A DNA stretch of 64,000 nucleotides from NCBI RefSeq assembly GCF_036365525.1, contig NC_090382.1, forward strand, positions 27,934,219 through 27,998,218, given 5' to 3'. Shown one piece after another: positions 48,532 to 60,796 of this stretch. This DNA comes from Heterodontus francisci (taxonomy: Eukaryota). The number at the start of each line of letters is the position of its first letter. The stretch's first letter is position 1. Below the pieces are notes generated by a model, which searched no databases, was not told the DNA's origin, and saw only the letters and a list, made by a program, of their open reading frames with translations. The translations under genes were made by a program, and so were the position numbers.

Positions 48532-51500
48532 GTGTGTAACAAAGGCAGAGTAGTATTAATTGAGGATTTTAACTTACACATAGATTGGGAGAGGCAGACT
48601 CGCACCTGTCAGAAAGGTAGTGCATTTCACGAATGTGTCCTGGATAGTTTCCGATAGCAATATGTCCTAGAGATGCCGCACCCCTAGCCAAGCTATCCCA
48701 GTATAGCTACAACACTGGCATCTCCCCGGCAATGTGGAAAATTGCCCAGGTATGTCTTGTATACAAAAAGCAGGACAAATCCAACGCGGCCAATTACCGC
48801 CCCATCAGTCTACTCTCAATCATCAGTAAAGTGATGGAAGGTGTCATCAACAGTGCCATCAAGCAGCACTTGCTTAATAATAACCTGCTCAGTGATATCC
48901 AGTTTGGGTTCCAACAGGGCCACTCAGCACCTGATCTCATTACAGCCTTGGTTCAAACATGGACAAAAGAGCTGAACTCAAGAGATGAGGTGAGAGTGAC
49001 TGCCCTTGACATCAAGGCAGCATTTGACCGAGTATGGCATCAAGGAGCCCTAGCAAAACTGGAGTCAATGGGAATCGGAGGAAAAATCTCTGCTGGTTAG
49101 AGTCATACCTAGCTCAAAGGAGGATGGTTGTGGTTGTTGGAGGTCAATCATCTGAGCTCCAGGACATCACTGCAGGAGTTCCTCAGGATAGTGTCCGAGG
49201 CCCAACCATCTTCAGCTGCTTCATCAATGACCTTCCATCAATCATCAGGTCAGAAGTGGGGATGTTCACTGATGATTGCACAATGTTCAGCACCATTCAT
49301 GACTCCTCAGATACTGAAGCAGTCCATGTAGAAATGCAGCAAGACCTGGACAATATCTAGGCTTGGGCTGATAAGTGGCAAGTAACATTCGCGCCATACA
49401 AGTGCCAGGCAATGACCATCTCCAACAAGAGAGAATCTAACCATCTCCCTTTGACATTCAACGGCATTACCATCACTGAATCCCCCACTATCAACATCTT
49501 AGGGGCTACCAGTGCGTGAACATTTATCAAATAGTGATCACAACATGATTGAATTCAAGGTAGCCTTTGAAAGTGAAAAGCACGAATCAGCTACTGGAAT
49601 TTTAGACTTGGGTAAGGCTGACTTTACCGGGATGAGACAGAGACTGTCCACGGTAAACTGGGTAGATCTGTTCTAGCATCCACAGTATTTTGCTTTTATA
49701 TTAGGTAGATCTGTTAATGGGTCAAATGACTGAAGAACAGTGGAGAATATTTAAAGAAACATTTAATGAAATACAGAACGAGTATATAACCCTGAGAGGA
49801 AAAAGCTCCACTTCACCGAAAAACAGCAATGGACAACGAAAGAGATGAGGGATAGCATAAAACAAAAAGAAATGGCTTACAAAAATGCAAAACACAGCAC
49901 AGATCCGGCCGAATGGGATCGATACAAAGACCAGCAAAGGGTCACAAAGCAGCTTATAAGAGATACTAAAAGAGATTATGAAAGGAAGCTTGCAAGGGAC
50001 ATCAAAATCAATAAGAAGAAATTTTATAGTTACATAAAGGGAAAACGGGTGGTCAAGAGCAATGTCGGCCCACAAAAAGCTGAAACTGGAGATATGGTCA
50101 TTGATAATGGGGAAATGGCAGACATGTTGAACAATTACTTTGCCTCAGTATTTCCAGTTGAAAAGGAGGACAACTTGCCGAAGTCCCGAAAAAATTAATA
50201 GCTGATAGGAGACAGGGAATTAATACAATTAACGTAAGTAAATCATCAATAACAAGGAAATTAATGGAATTATAGAGTGAGAAATCCCCAGGACCTGACG
50301 GTTTCCATCCGAGGGTGTTAAAGGAAGTAGGGGAGCACATTGTAGATGCCCTAACTATAGTCCTTCAGAGTTCCCTAGATTCAGGAGTGGTCCCTCTGGA
50401 TTGGAAAGTTGCACATGTCACTGCACTTTTTAAGAAGGGTGAAAGGGGGAACCAAGGAAATTACAGATCAGTTAGCCTGACATCTGTGGTGGGCAAGTTG
50501 CTGAAGCCTATAATCAAGGATAGGGTGACTGAACACCTGGGAAAATTTCAGTTAATCAGGGACAGCCAGCATGGATTCATGATGGGAAGGTCATGCCTGA
50601 CAAATCTCACTGAATGTTTTGAAGAGATGACTAAGATAGTGGACGGGGGAGTGTCTATGGATGTTATTTATATGGACTTCAAGAAAGCATTTGATAAAGT
50701 CCCACATAAGAGACTGCTAACTAAGGTAGAATCCCATGGAGTTGAGGGCATATTATTGACATTGTGAGGAAGTTGGTTGAGTGGTAGGTGACAGAGAGTG
50801 GGGATAATGGGTAAGTACTCTGATTGGCAGGATGTGACTACTGGTGTCCCGCAGGGATCTGTGTTGGGGCCTCAATTATTCACATTATTCATTAACGACT
50901 TGGATAATGGCATAGTAAGTCATATATCCAAATTTGCTGATGATACAAAGTTAGGTGGCACTGTAGACATTCTAGATGATAGCATAACATTGCATAGAGA
51001 TATTGACAGACTAGGTGAGTGGGTAAAACTGTGGCAGATGGATTTCAATGTGGGCAAGTGTGAGGTTATCCATTTTGGATCAAAAAAGGATAGAGCAGGG
51101 TACTTTCTAAATGAGAAGAGGTTAAGTACAGTGGATGTCCAAAGACACTTGGGGGTTCAGGTACATAGATCTTTAAAATGTCACGAGCAAGTGCAGAAAA
51201 TAATCAAAAAGGCTAATGGAATGCTCACCTTTATATCTAGAGGATTGGAGTATAAAGACACAGAGGTCATGCTGCAGCTGTACAAAACCCTGGTTAGACC
51301 CCACTTGGAGTACTGCAAGCAGTTCTGAGCACCACACCTTAGGAAGGATATATTGGCCTTGGACGGAGTGCAACGTAGGTTTACAAGGGACTACAGGGGT
51401 TAAGTTATGAGGAGAGATTACACAAATTAGGCCTGTTTTCACTCGAATTTAGAAGGTTAAGGGGTGATCTGATTGAAGTCGTCAAGATATTAACAGGAAA

Positions 51501-51860
51501 AGACAGGCTAGATAAAGATAAACTATTTCCACTGTTTAGAGATTCTAAAACTAGGGGGCATAGTCTAAAAATTAGGACCAGACCATTCAGGAGAGATGTT
51601 AGGAAGCACTTCTTCACGCAAAGGGTGGTAGAGGTTTGGAACTCTCTTCCACAAACAGCAGTCGAAGCTCGAACAGTTGTTAATTTTAAATCTGAGATAG
51701 ACAGATTTTTGGTAAGCAAAGATATTAAGGGATATGGGCCAGAGGCAGGTTTATGGAGTTAGGCTGCGGATCAGCCATGATCACATTGAATAGGGGGACT
51801 GGCTCGAGGGGCTGAATGGCCTACTCCTGTTCCTATCTTCCTATGTTCCTATGTCCTATG
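48532..51860 (+). mobile_element. CR1 ORF2 3' portion (intronic)
   Basis: RT ORFs 50315-50767 and 50798-51328; (ttcctatg)n tail; 11-bp TSD. Confidence 0.92.
48673..49511 (+). mobile_element. Internal RT fragment of the 36572-type LINE embedded in CR1
   Basis: Highly similar to 38235-38541 + 39759-40295; no 5' head or 3' tail. Confidence 0.88.
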
Positions 51861-52079
51861 TCCCTAAACCTCTCCACCTCTCTACATCTCTTTCATCCTT
51901 TAAGGTACCCCTTAAAACCTACCGCTTTGACTAAGCTTTTGGTCATCTAACCTAATATCTCCTTATGTGGTTTGGTGTCATATTTTGTTTTATAATGCTC
52001 CTATGAAGCACTTTGAGGCAGTTTATTAGGTTGAAGGTGCTGTATAAGTACAAGGTGTTATTGTCATTGTTGTTTCCAG

Positions 52080-52625
52080 CCTAATGAGAAAGGGTTCAGT
52101 GCAGTATCTATTCTGGGAATGAAGTGGGGCAAGTGGAGCATGTTTCTATGCCAGAGCATTTGGAGAACAGTGATCATAATATAACTAAGTTCAGAATAGT
52201 AATGGAAAAGAACATAGCACAGATGTAAAACTATTTGATTGGAGGAGGGCTAACATCAATGAGATGAAAACAAATCTGGCCCAGGTGGATTGGAATCAAA
52301 AATTGGTAGGCAAGAGAGTAGTTGAACAATGGAATGTCCTTGAAGAGGAGATAATTTGAGTAGAGAGTAAACACATTCTCACAAGGGGGAAAGGAAGGAC
52401 ATCCAAGCTAAAGCTAAAGTTCCCTGGATGACTAAAGATATATAGGTTAAAATGAGAAAAGAAAACTAGACTTAAGAAAATAGTTAGGTCGTTATTACAG
52501 TCGAGAACCCAGCTAAATATAGAAAGTACAGAGGAGATCCAAAAAGGGAATAAGAGGGCCAAAGAGAGAGAATGCGAATGGATTAGTGGTTAACGTAAAA
52601 GGGAACCCAAAAGTCTTTTATGATA
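52080..52625 (+). mobile_element. Degenerate CR1 ORF2 internal fragment
   Basis: EHLENSDHN, LAQVDW, KGNPKVFY motifs. Confidence 0.7.
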
Positions 52626-52768
52626 AGGAAGTAAAATTTTACCTATGTCCTGTGGGGACTGTGAATTATGGGGCAAGATTGACTCACCTAATAACTCCCA
52701 GTACTACACCACTACCTATGTCCCCCTCCATATATGTCATTAATTCACAAGCTATTTTTCTCTTTCAG

Positions 52769-53050
52769 ATGCACCTAAAAACATAACCATTCAAGGAGAT
52801 AGCGGATCACAAATGGAGATCAAAGAGGGTGATAAGGTCTCTTTGACGTGCACCAGTAACAGTTTCCCTGAAGCTACATACACATGGTACAAGAGGGAGG
52901 AAGACAGAAGCCAAACAGAATCTCTTAATTTCACAGGAGCCACTCTGACCTTCCACAATATTTCAAGAAGAGATTCTGGGTTCTACAACTGTGCAGCAAC
53001 AAATAGCCTGGGAAATGAGACCTCGGAGGCTTTAGAGATCCGTGTCCAAT
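52769..53050 (+). CDS. Siglec-like receptor, third Ig (C2/I-set) exon
   Basis: tctctttcag| acceptor, T|gtgagc donor, phase 1-1; YAPKNITI..IKEGDKVSLTCTSNSFPEATYTWYK..LTFHNISRRDSGFYNCAATNSLGNETS..IRVQ. Confidence 0.92.
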
Positions 53051-53337
53051 GTGAGCAACCATTTGTGTTTCGAGGTTTTTTGATCAATTTCATTCTGTGA
53101 CAAGTTCAATGGTGCTGTCACTGAACATGTTGAACCTTCTATTCCTCAAATCTCATCTACCCACCCTCCCCAAAAGCATGTCTACCCACCCTCCCCTAAA
53201 TCACCTCACCCTGCCCTTCCCCACATACTCTGATGGTTTAGTTCATTGCTGAAGCTGAGAATGAGAGATGAAATTGGGATGGTAACCCTTGACAAACATT
53301 ACATGTGTTTAAACAACAATCCATTTCCTACTTTCAG

Positions 53338-53510
53338 AAGGTCCCTAAAAACATAGCCATATGAGTCGGTAAAAAAGCTAGAAATGGAAGAGGGCTACAA
53401 GGTTTCATTAATGTGCATCAGTAACAATTGCACTGATGCTACTTACAATTGGTACAAGAGAGAGGAAGGCACATGCTAAACAGAATCTCTTAATACCATC
53501 AGCAACAACC
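53338..53510 (+). pseudogene. Decayed partial duplicate of the 52769-53050 Ig exon
   Basis: ctttcag acceptor, then PKNIAI*..EMEEGYKVSLMCISNNCTDATYNWYKREEGTC*TESLN; stops and truncation. Confidence 0.8.
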
Positions 53511-54872
53511 TAGAAAATATCAAAAGAAAAGTCCAGGGCACATGCAGGAAAAAAATACGCTGATTTTTTTTTTCCAGCCCCAGTGAGTGCAACCAGTCTA
53601 AGAGATCATATGGACCAAGTGTTATCTGTAAAGCCACTTAATTTCAATATTATGCAGCCTCTAACCAAGTGAAGAACCAGTACAATTCCCTTGTAAATGT
53701 ACAAAGAGAGTCACCGCACCCTGCCCCAGCCAGTAACCAATCTCAGAGACTCCCTACTCTCTGGGAAAAGAAGAACAACCTAACCTCCAGTCGAATCCGA
53801 CTTCTTCATTGTTTAAACTCATGTGCCCTGGATTCCACCCCACCCTCTCCCCAGTCTGTCAAACTGGAATAACCTATCAATAGATGTGCTATCCAGCCCT
53901 TTCATTATTTTATTGCCTCTATCAGCTTGCTTCTAGACCTTTAGTATCAATATTGCTGTGAATATTTTCTCACCTCAGATTTAGTATTGCCCAATCCTGT
54001 ACTCAGAACAGCATCCATGCATGTGCAATGCATATGACCGGGGTGGTCTTTCTGGCGAATTTTTTTCATTTCTCCCATCCAGAGGCTCTGTGTCAAATGA
54101 GAATGATTTTATTGTGAGGTGTTTTCAGGTGACGTTTAGCTAAAGATGCTTTTAACATTATTCTATGGTGTTCCAAGAAGGGGTTTACTGGGTAGGGTTG
54201 TATAGGTCAAGGGCTGGATTTTCATTATAGAGGCGGGAACAGAAAATGGGTTTGGTTTTGGGCCTGAAACCTGCCTTCTCTACAAAGCTGATTCAGATTG
54301 AAATTTTCAAGTGGGAAAGCCTTAATTGGTATGCAGACGGGTTTCCTGTCATCTTACAGCCTGTGGGTTTGAAAATGACAGTGGGTCAGATCATGTGTGG
54401 GGCTCATGTACACTTCCATGGCAGCCATCGCTGAGGCTGCTTATTGTCCTGAGGGAGAGATCTGCCTTCCACAACACCAGAGGGAAGCAAGATTTCACAG
54501 GGGAGCTGGAGGCCTGACACTAGGGGCAGGGTAGAGCCTTGTTTCATTGATGCCCACCTAGATCTAAGGCTGTTTGGGAGAGGAGGGAGGTTCTCTTCCC
54601 AGAGGCGGCAGAAGGAAGCCACCTCATTGTGCAGCAGGGGAACTTTTCTGTTCAGTGTTATCCCCATGAGCCTTCTCTTCCTCCTCCGCTCTTACCTCCT
54701 GCTCCTCCCCTGATGAGCTGGCTTGTTCCAGGGCCTCACTGTCCTCCAGGTCCACACCTCTCTGGAGGCCCTGTTATGGAGAGTGCAGCAGACTACCACA
54801 ATGACAGAGACCCTTGCTGGAGGGTAGTGAATGATGTCATATGACCTATCCAAGTACCAGAATCGTATTTTC

Positions 54873-57800
54873 TGTTACAACTGATGAGGAGGAGGGCACT
54901 GTTTTTCTAGTTCCACTTCTTCACAGGTCATGGTATATATTTAAATTTTCTCCCAGTCAATCATAGACACTATTTTTATCCCAGAATAAAACACAACAAC
55001 CAGGTTTCATAGACTGTTAGAGTTATACAGCATAGAAACAGACCATTCGGCCCATCGTGTTAGTGCTGGCCATCAAGCACCTAGTTATTGTAATCCCATT
55101 TTCCAGCGCTTGGCCCGTAGCCTTGTATACTATGGCATTTCAAGTGCTCATCTAAATACTTCTTAAATGTTGTGAGGGCTTCTGCCTCTACCACCCCTTC
55201 AGGCAGTTGTTCCAATTCCAAACACCCTCTGGGTGATTTTCTTTTTCTCAAATCCCCTCTAAACCTCCTGCTCCTTACCTTAAATCTTTGCCCCCTGGTT
55301 ATTGGCACCCCTGCTAAGGGAAAAAGTTTCTTCCTATCTATCCTATCAATGCCCCTCATAATTTTGAATACCTCAATCAGGTTCCTCCTCAGCTTTCTCT
55401 GCTCGAAGGAAAACAACCCTAGCATATCCAAGCTCTCTTCATAGCTGAAATGCTCCAGCCCAGGCAACATCCTGGTGAATCTCCTCTGCACCCTCTCCAG
55501 TACAATCACATCCTTCCTATAATGTGGCAACCAGCACTGTACACAGTACTCCAGCTGTGGCCTAACTAGTACTTTATACATCATAACTTCCCTGATCTTA
55601 TATTCTATGCCTCGGCTAATAAAGGCAAGTATTCCATATGCCTTCCTAACCATCTTATCTATCTGTGCTGCTGCCTTCAGTAATCTATGGACAAGTACAC
55701 CAAGATCCCTCTGATCCTCTGTACTTCCCATCTATTGAATATTCCCTTGCCTTGTTAGTCCTCCCAAAATACATCACCTCACACTTCTCAGGATTAAATT
55801 CCATTTGCCACTGCTCCGCCCATCTTACCAGACCATCTATATTGTCCTGTAATCTAAGGCTTTCCTCCTCACTAATTTTCGTGTCATCTGCGAACTTACT
55901 CCTATATTCACATCTAAATCATTAATGTACTCTACAAACAGTAAGGGCCCCAGCACTGATCCCTGTGGTACACCACTGGTCATAGGCTTCCAATCGCAAA
56001 AACAACCCTCAACCATCACCTTCTGCCTCCTGCCACTATGCCAATTTTGGATCCAATTTGCCAAATTGCCCTGGATCCCTTGGGCTCTTACCTTCTTAAC
56101 CAATCTCCAATGCAGGACCTTATCAAAAGCCTTGCTGAAGTCCATGTAGACTATATCAACTGCTTTACCCTCATCTACACATCTAGTCACCTCCTTGAAA
56201 AATTCAATCAAATTTGTTAGACATGATCTCATGCTGACAAAGCTATGCTGACTATATTTGATTAATCCCTGCCTCTCTATAAGTGGAGATTAATCCTGTC
56301 CCTCAGAATTTGTTCCAATAGTTTCCCTACTACTGATGTTAGACTCACTGGTCTGTAATTACCTGGTTAATCCCTGCTACCCTTCTTGAATAATGGTACC
56401 GCATTCGCTGTCCTCCAATCCTCTGGCACCTCTCCTGTGGCCGAGAGGATTTGAAAATTTGTGTCACAGCCCCTGTTATCTCCTCCCTTGCCTCACGTAA
56501 CAGCCTGGGATACATCTTATCTGGGCCTGGGGATTTATCCACTTTTAAGCCCGCTAAGAACGCTCATACTTCCTCCCTTTCAATGCTAATATGTTCAAGT
56601 ATATCACAATCCCCCTCCCTGATCTCTACACCTGCATCGTCCTTCTGCATAGTGAACACAGGTGAAAAGTAATCATTTAAAACCTCATCTACGTCCTCCG
56701 GCTCCACACACAGATTGCCACTTTGGTCCTGAATGGGCGCTACTCTTTCCCTGGTTATCCTCTTGCCCTTAATATACTTATAAAACGCCTTGGGGTTTTC
56801 CTTTATCTTGCCCACCAGTGTTTTCTCATGCCCCCTTTTCGCTCTCCTAATTACTTTTTTAAGTACCCCTGACACATTCTACACTCCTCGAGCGCCTCTG
56901 CTGTTTTCAGTGCTCTGAATCTGCCATAAGCCTCCTTTTTTTTCCTTATCCAATCCTCTATATCCCTTGACATCCAGGGTTACCTGGACTTGTTGGTCCT
57001 ACCTTTCATCTTTACGGGAACATGTTGGCCCTGAACTCTCACTATTTCCTTTTTGAATGACTCCGACTGGTCTGATGTAGACTTTCCTGCAAGTAGCTGC
57101 TCCCAGTCCACTTTGGCCAGATCCTGTTTTATCATATTGAAATCTGCCTTCCCCCAATTCAGTATCTTTATTTCCAGTCCATCTTTGTCCTTTTCCATAA
57201 CTACCTTAAATCTTACAGAGTTATGGTCACTTTCCCCGAAATGCTCCCCCACTGACACCTCTACCACTTGTCCGGCTTCATTCCCTAGGATTAGATCCAG
57301 TACTGCCACTTCTCTTGTAGGACTTTCTATGTGCTGGTTCAGAAAGCTCTCCTGTATGCACTTTAAGAATTCAGCCCTCCTTAACCCGATACACTAAGAC
57401 TATCCCAGTTAATATTGGGGAAGTTGAAATCCCCTACTATTATTACCCTATTATTTTTGAACCTCTCTGAGATTTGCCTACATATCTGCTCCTCTAAATC
57501 TCCCTGACTATTTGGAGGCCTGTTGTACACTCCCAGCCAAGTGATTGCCCCCTTTTTGTTTTTAAGTTCTACCCATATGGTTTCATTTGAGGAACCTTCT
57601 AAGATATCTTCCCTCCTTACTGCAGTAATTGATTCCTTGATCAATTTTGGAATGCCACCTCCTCTTTTACACCACCCCTCACCACGTCACACCTGAAGAT
57701 TCTATACCCTGGAATACTGAGCTGCCAGTCTTGCCCTTCCCTCAACCATGTCACTGTGATAGCAATAATATCATATTCCCACGTGTTAATCAACACCCTC

Positions 57801-58660
57801 AATTTATCTGCCTTACTTGTAAGACTCCTTGTGTTAAAATAGATTAAATCCAGCCTTGTAATATTCGCTTGTACCTTAACAGGTCTATATTTGCTCTGCC
57901 TTCTATATTTCTCTTCTATATTTGACTGTGCATCACCCCTTACTGTACCTCCACTCTGTATCCCATCCCCCTGTTCCTTTAATAAACAACAAAATTATCA
58001 GTTTATCATCAAACAAGTCTTAACCAGTAACAAAGCAAAGCATAAATACACAGATCAAATTATAGAAGTTCCCTACTTAACTTAGCCCCTCATACACACA
58101 TACATTGATTAACCGAAAAACGAGATTTTTTTCTTTAGAGTTCTCGTACAAAAAAAGTATACCTTGGCCAAAATACTTGCTAATTCTTGAAGGAAAAAGA
58201 GTAGATATGAAAAGATGTCAAAAGTCCTTTTCTGGTTTGGTGTCCCGAATGCATATAAATGGCTGTCACTGGGATCTTCCTTGAACAGTTCTTGTCAGGT
58301 GATGTTGAAGATCATTTTCCAGGGAAAATGCAGTAATAGGGGTTTCAGGCAGTTTCATACACATGCTTCTCAGCTTCTCAAGAGATGGAAAACTGGCAGG
58401 CTTTTTCAAAGAGCTGGAACAGACTGAGCTGAGGTTTTGCTCCCTTGACGAGTTTTCTCCAACTATCTTTTCAAGCCGTTGTCCATATCCCAACTCACTC
58501 TCCAAAATGAAACCGAAAACAATGTTGCAAGAGTCAAGCCACCTGACCCCTATAAATCTTGACCTGACACTTCTTTGTAAACATCTTTCCCCAAGTCAAA
58601 AACAACCCCGGTTGGGTAATTAATTAAAGACCGGTGCCTTCCAGTAACTGGCCTTCCAGA
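54873..58660. mobile_element. LTR-like element (solo LTR) split by a CR1 (pieces 54873-55007 and ~57975-58660)
   Basis: Starts TGttacaactgatgaggagg like the other solo LTRs; ccaggtttc | tttaataaac appears to rejoin across the CR1; right end unclear. Confidence 0.6.
55008..57972 (-). mobile_element. CR1 LINE (ORF2 and 3' end), same subfamily as 29090-43830
   Basis: ORFs 55081-55731, 55837-56232, 56564-56875, 56980-57309 and 57381-57644 are very similar to the + copy. Confidence 0.93.
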
Positions 58661-59500
58661 GAGGTGTGGCATTGGTTCTTTCACTGCTGTGCCTTTTCTG
58701 GGGCTCCGTACAGGGGTCAGACATTTCTTGTGTCCACTTGGAGACAGCCATGCACTTTGAGGGATGAATTGACTGGCTGAGGCAGCCTGAACTGATGGAG
58801 GATGAAGGAGTCATGGTCACTGCCAGGAAAGCAAGCGCACACATAGAGGAAGCTCTTGTTGTGGTCGAAAAGCAGTTGGACGTTGAGGGAGTGGAAGCCA
58901 TTCCTGTTGATTGATCTCACTGGCCTGGTCGCTGGGTGCCTTGATGGCCACATGAGCGCAAGCAATTTTGCCCTACACCTGGGGGAATCCATTGATGGAG
59001 GCTGAACCCAAAGTCCTTTGTGCCAGCGCACGCACAGCTGTGTCAAAGTGTGTGTATTCCCTGTCCTCCTGAAAAGAGTAACTGTGACCTGCCTGATGGC
59101 CTAATGAGATGCTGACTACGAGATCCCACCTAGGTCCACAGTTGATCCCTGCAATCACCCAGTTGTATAGATGTTCAGGGTGACAGAGACCTGATGGCTG
59201 CATGTAGGGGACAGCCATGGGGGCTCTCAGGCCTCAGATCATTGTGGATCAGAGTACACAGGATTGAGATCATCTGCCTTGATAGGCGCAGCCTCCTATG
59301 GCACTGGCAATCTGTCATTTGCAGATAGCCAAATCTTGGGCTACAGACCTGAGATCTTGGGTCGTGCCTTCGTCCCCTTGTAGCCCATCCCCACTGTCCT
59401 TCTGTGGTCTCCTTCTGGTCAGGAGGTTGCATCTGCTGCAGCTCATTCTGGCTGCTCTGTCCATTGTCAGAGTAGCCTGTTCCCATCTGAATTCCCTCAC
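58660..59500 (-). pseudogene. Harbinger transposase pseudogene
   Basis: YLQMTDCQCHRRLRLSR, INRNGFHSLNVQLLFDH..VCACFPGSDHDSFIL. Confidence 0.85.
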
Positions 59501-60129
59501 CTGGGCGTTATATGTTCACCAGGCTTTCCACCTTCCCTACCAACCTCAGCTGCCCCTGTGATGTCAGTGGTCTCACATCCCTCTCCAGTTTCCTGCCACT
59601 TACCAATGAGATATTTAACCTTTCCAGCTGCAGCAGTAGATACACTGAGGCACGTCTGAAGCAGGTGAGCTATATTTTCTGCCTGTGCAGTATTTCAATC
59701 AACCCTTCCCATAGCCCTCATGGCCCTCCACAATGTTCTCATCTTCAAACACTGTCGGATTGCCCCCATGGGGGCCTTCCCCATTCCCAGTCTTCAAACA
59801 TTGCTCACTGACAATGACAAGCCTGTTAATGAGCTCTTTAATAAGCTGAACAGGCAACTAAATGGAAGCGTGTGCTCAACCCTTTCCCTCGCTGCTGACC
59901 TCCCTTAAAAAATTGCGTGTTCCAGATGCAGCAGCTCACAGTGCTGACCTCCATGAATACGATCTTAAATCGTGCTTGCCTCCATACCTGCACTCAGTGG
60001 GCTTTGAAAATCTGGCCCCAAAACTCTGGAGCCATTCAAGAGAGGGTTCGATGCTGCGATAGCAGGCTTGCAAGTTTCAAGAGAAGGAAGCTCAAAATGG
60101 GCTGAATGACCTCCCTCATTTGTATTTAT

Positions 60130-60620
60130 TAGTAACACCAGCTTACATTCATATTTCACAATTAGTGTAGAAAATTGTGCCAAGGCACAGAGGAGCATTC
60201 AGACAAACATCACCATCAATCCGATAAAGAAGATATTCAGATGGGTGACAAAGAGATGGGTTTTGAGGAGAGTCTTAAAGGAGAGTGAAGTCGAGAGATT
60301 TATGGAAGGTATTCCAGAGTTTAGGGCTGAGGCAGCTGAATGTACAGCTGCCAATTGTGTTGTGAAGGGATGAGGAGGAATGCACAAGAAACAAGAGTTG
60401 AAGGAAAGCAGAGATCTTGGATCATTGTCAGGCTGGAAGCCTTTCCAGAAATAGGGAGAGTGAGGCCATAGAGGAATTTAAATATGAGGATGAAGATGCA
60501 CTGGTGTTTGAGAACTAATGTAAGTTTGCAAGCGACAGGTGAGCAGGACTAGGTCTGGGATAGGATGGGAGCAGCAGAGCTTTAAATGAGTAGAAGCTTA
60601 TAGAGGCTGAAGGCAGTGAC
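60130..60620 (-). mobile_element. L2 3' fragment
   Basis: SLSFKTLLKTHLF on the minus strand; similar to 12345-12955. Confidence 0.7.
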
Positions 60621-60796
60621 CTGATAAAATTGAATCATTATTAAGTCCCATCTGAAACTCAGCAGCCAGCACTGCCCTGTTATTTCAAATAATTCCTCTC
60701 TTGTTACCAAGACTATTCAGGCAGTTAATATCTTCCTTTGCCTTGTGAAACAACACTTTAGAACAAAACTTTATTTAGAAATGTATAAAGAGAAAG

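Larger units (their letters stand above)
48205..52075 (+). mobile_element. L2 3' fragment split by a CR1 (pieces 48205-48531 and 51861-52075)
   Basis: IQNSAA..ITPMLTDLHWL..FKSLHGL; TSD TCCCTAAACCT 48521-48531 / 51861-51871. Confidence 0.85.
54211..60018. mobile_element. PIF/Harbinger transposon copy 3 with nested LTR and CR1
   Basis: TIRs GGGCTGGATTTTCA / TGAAAATCTGGCCC; TSD CAA (54208-54210 / 60019-60021); Myb remnant AVWERREVLFP (+, ~54520-54630); transposase remnant (-). Confidence 0.88.
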
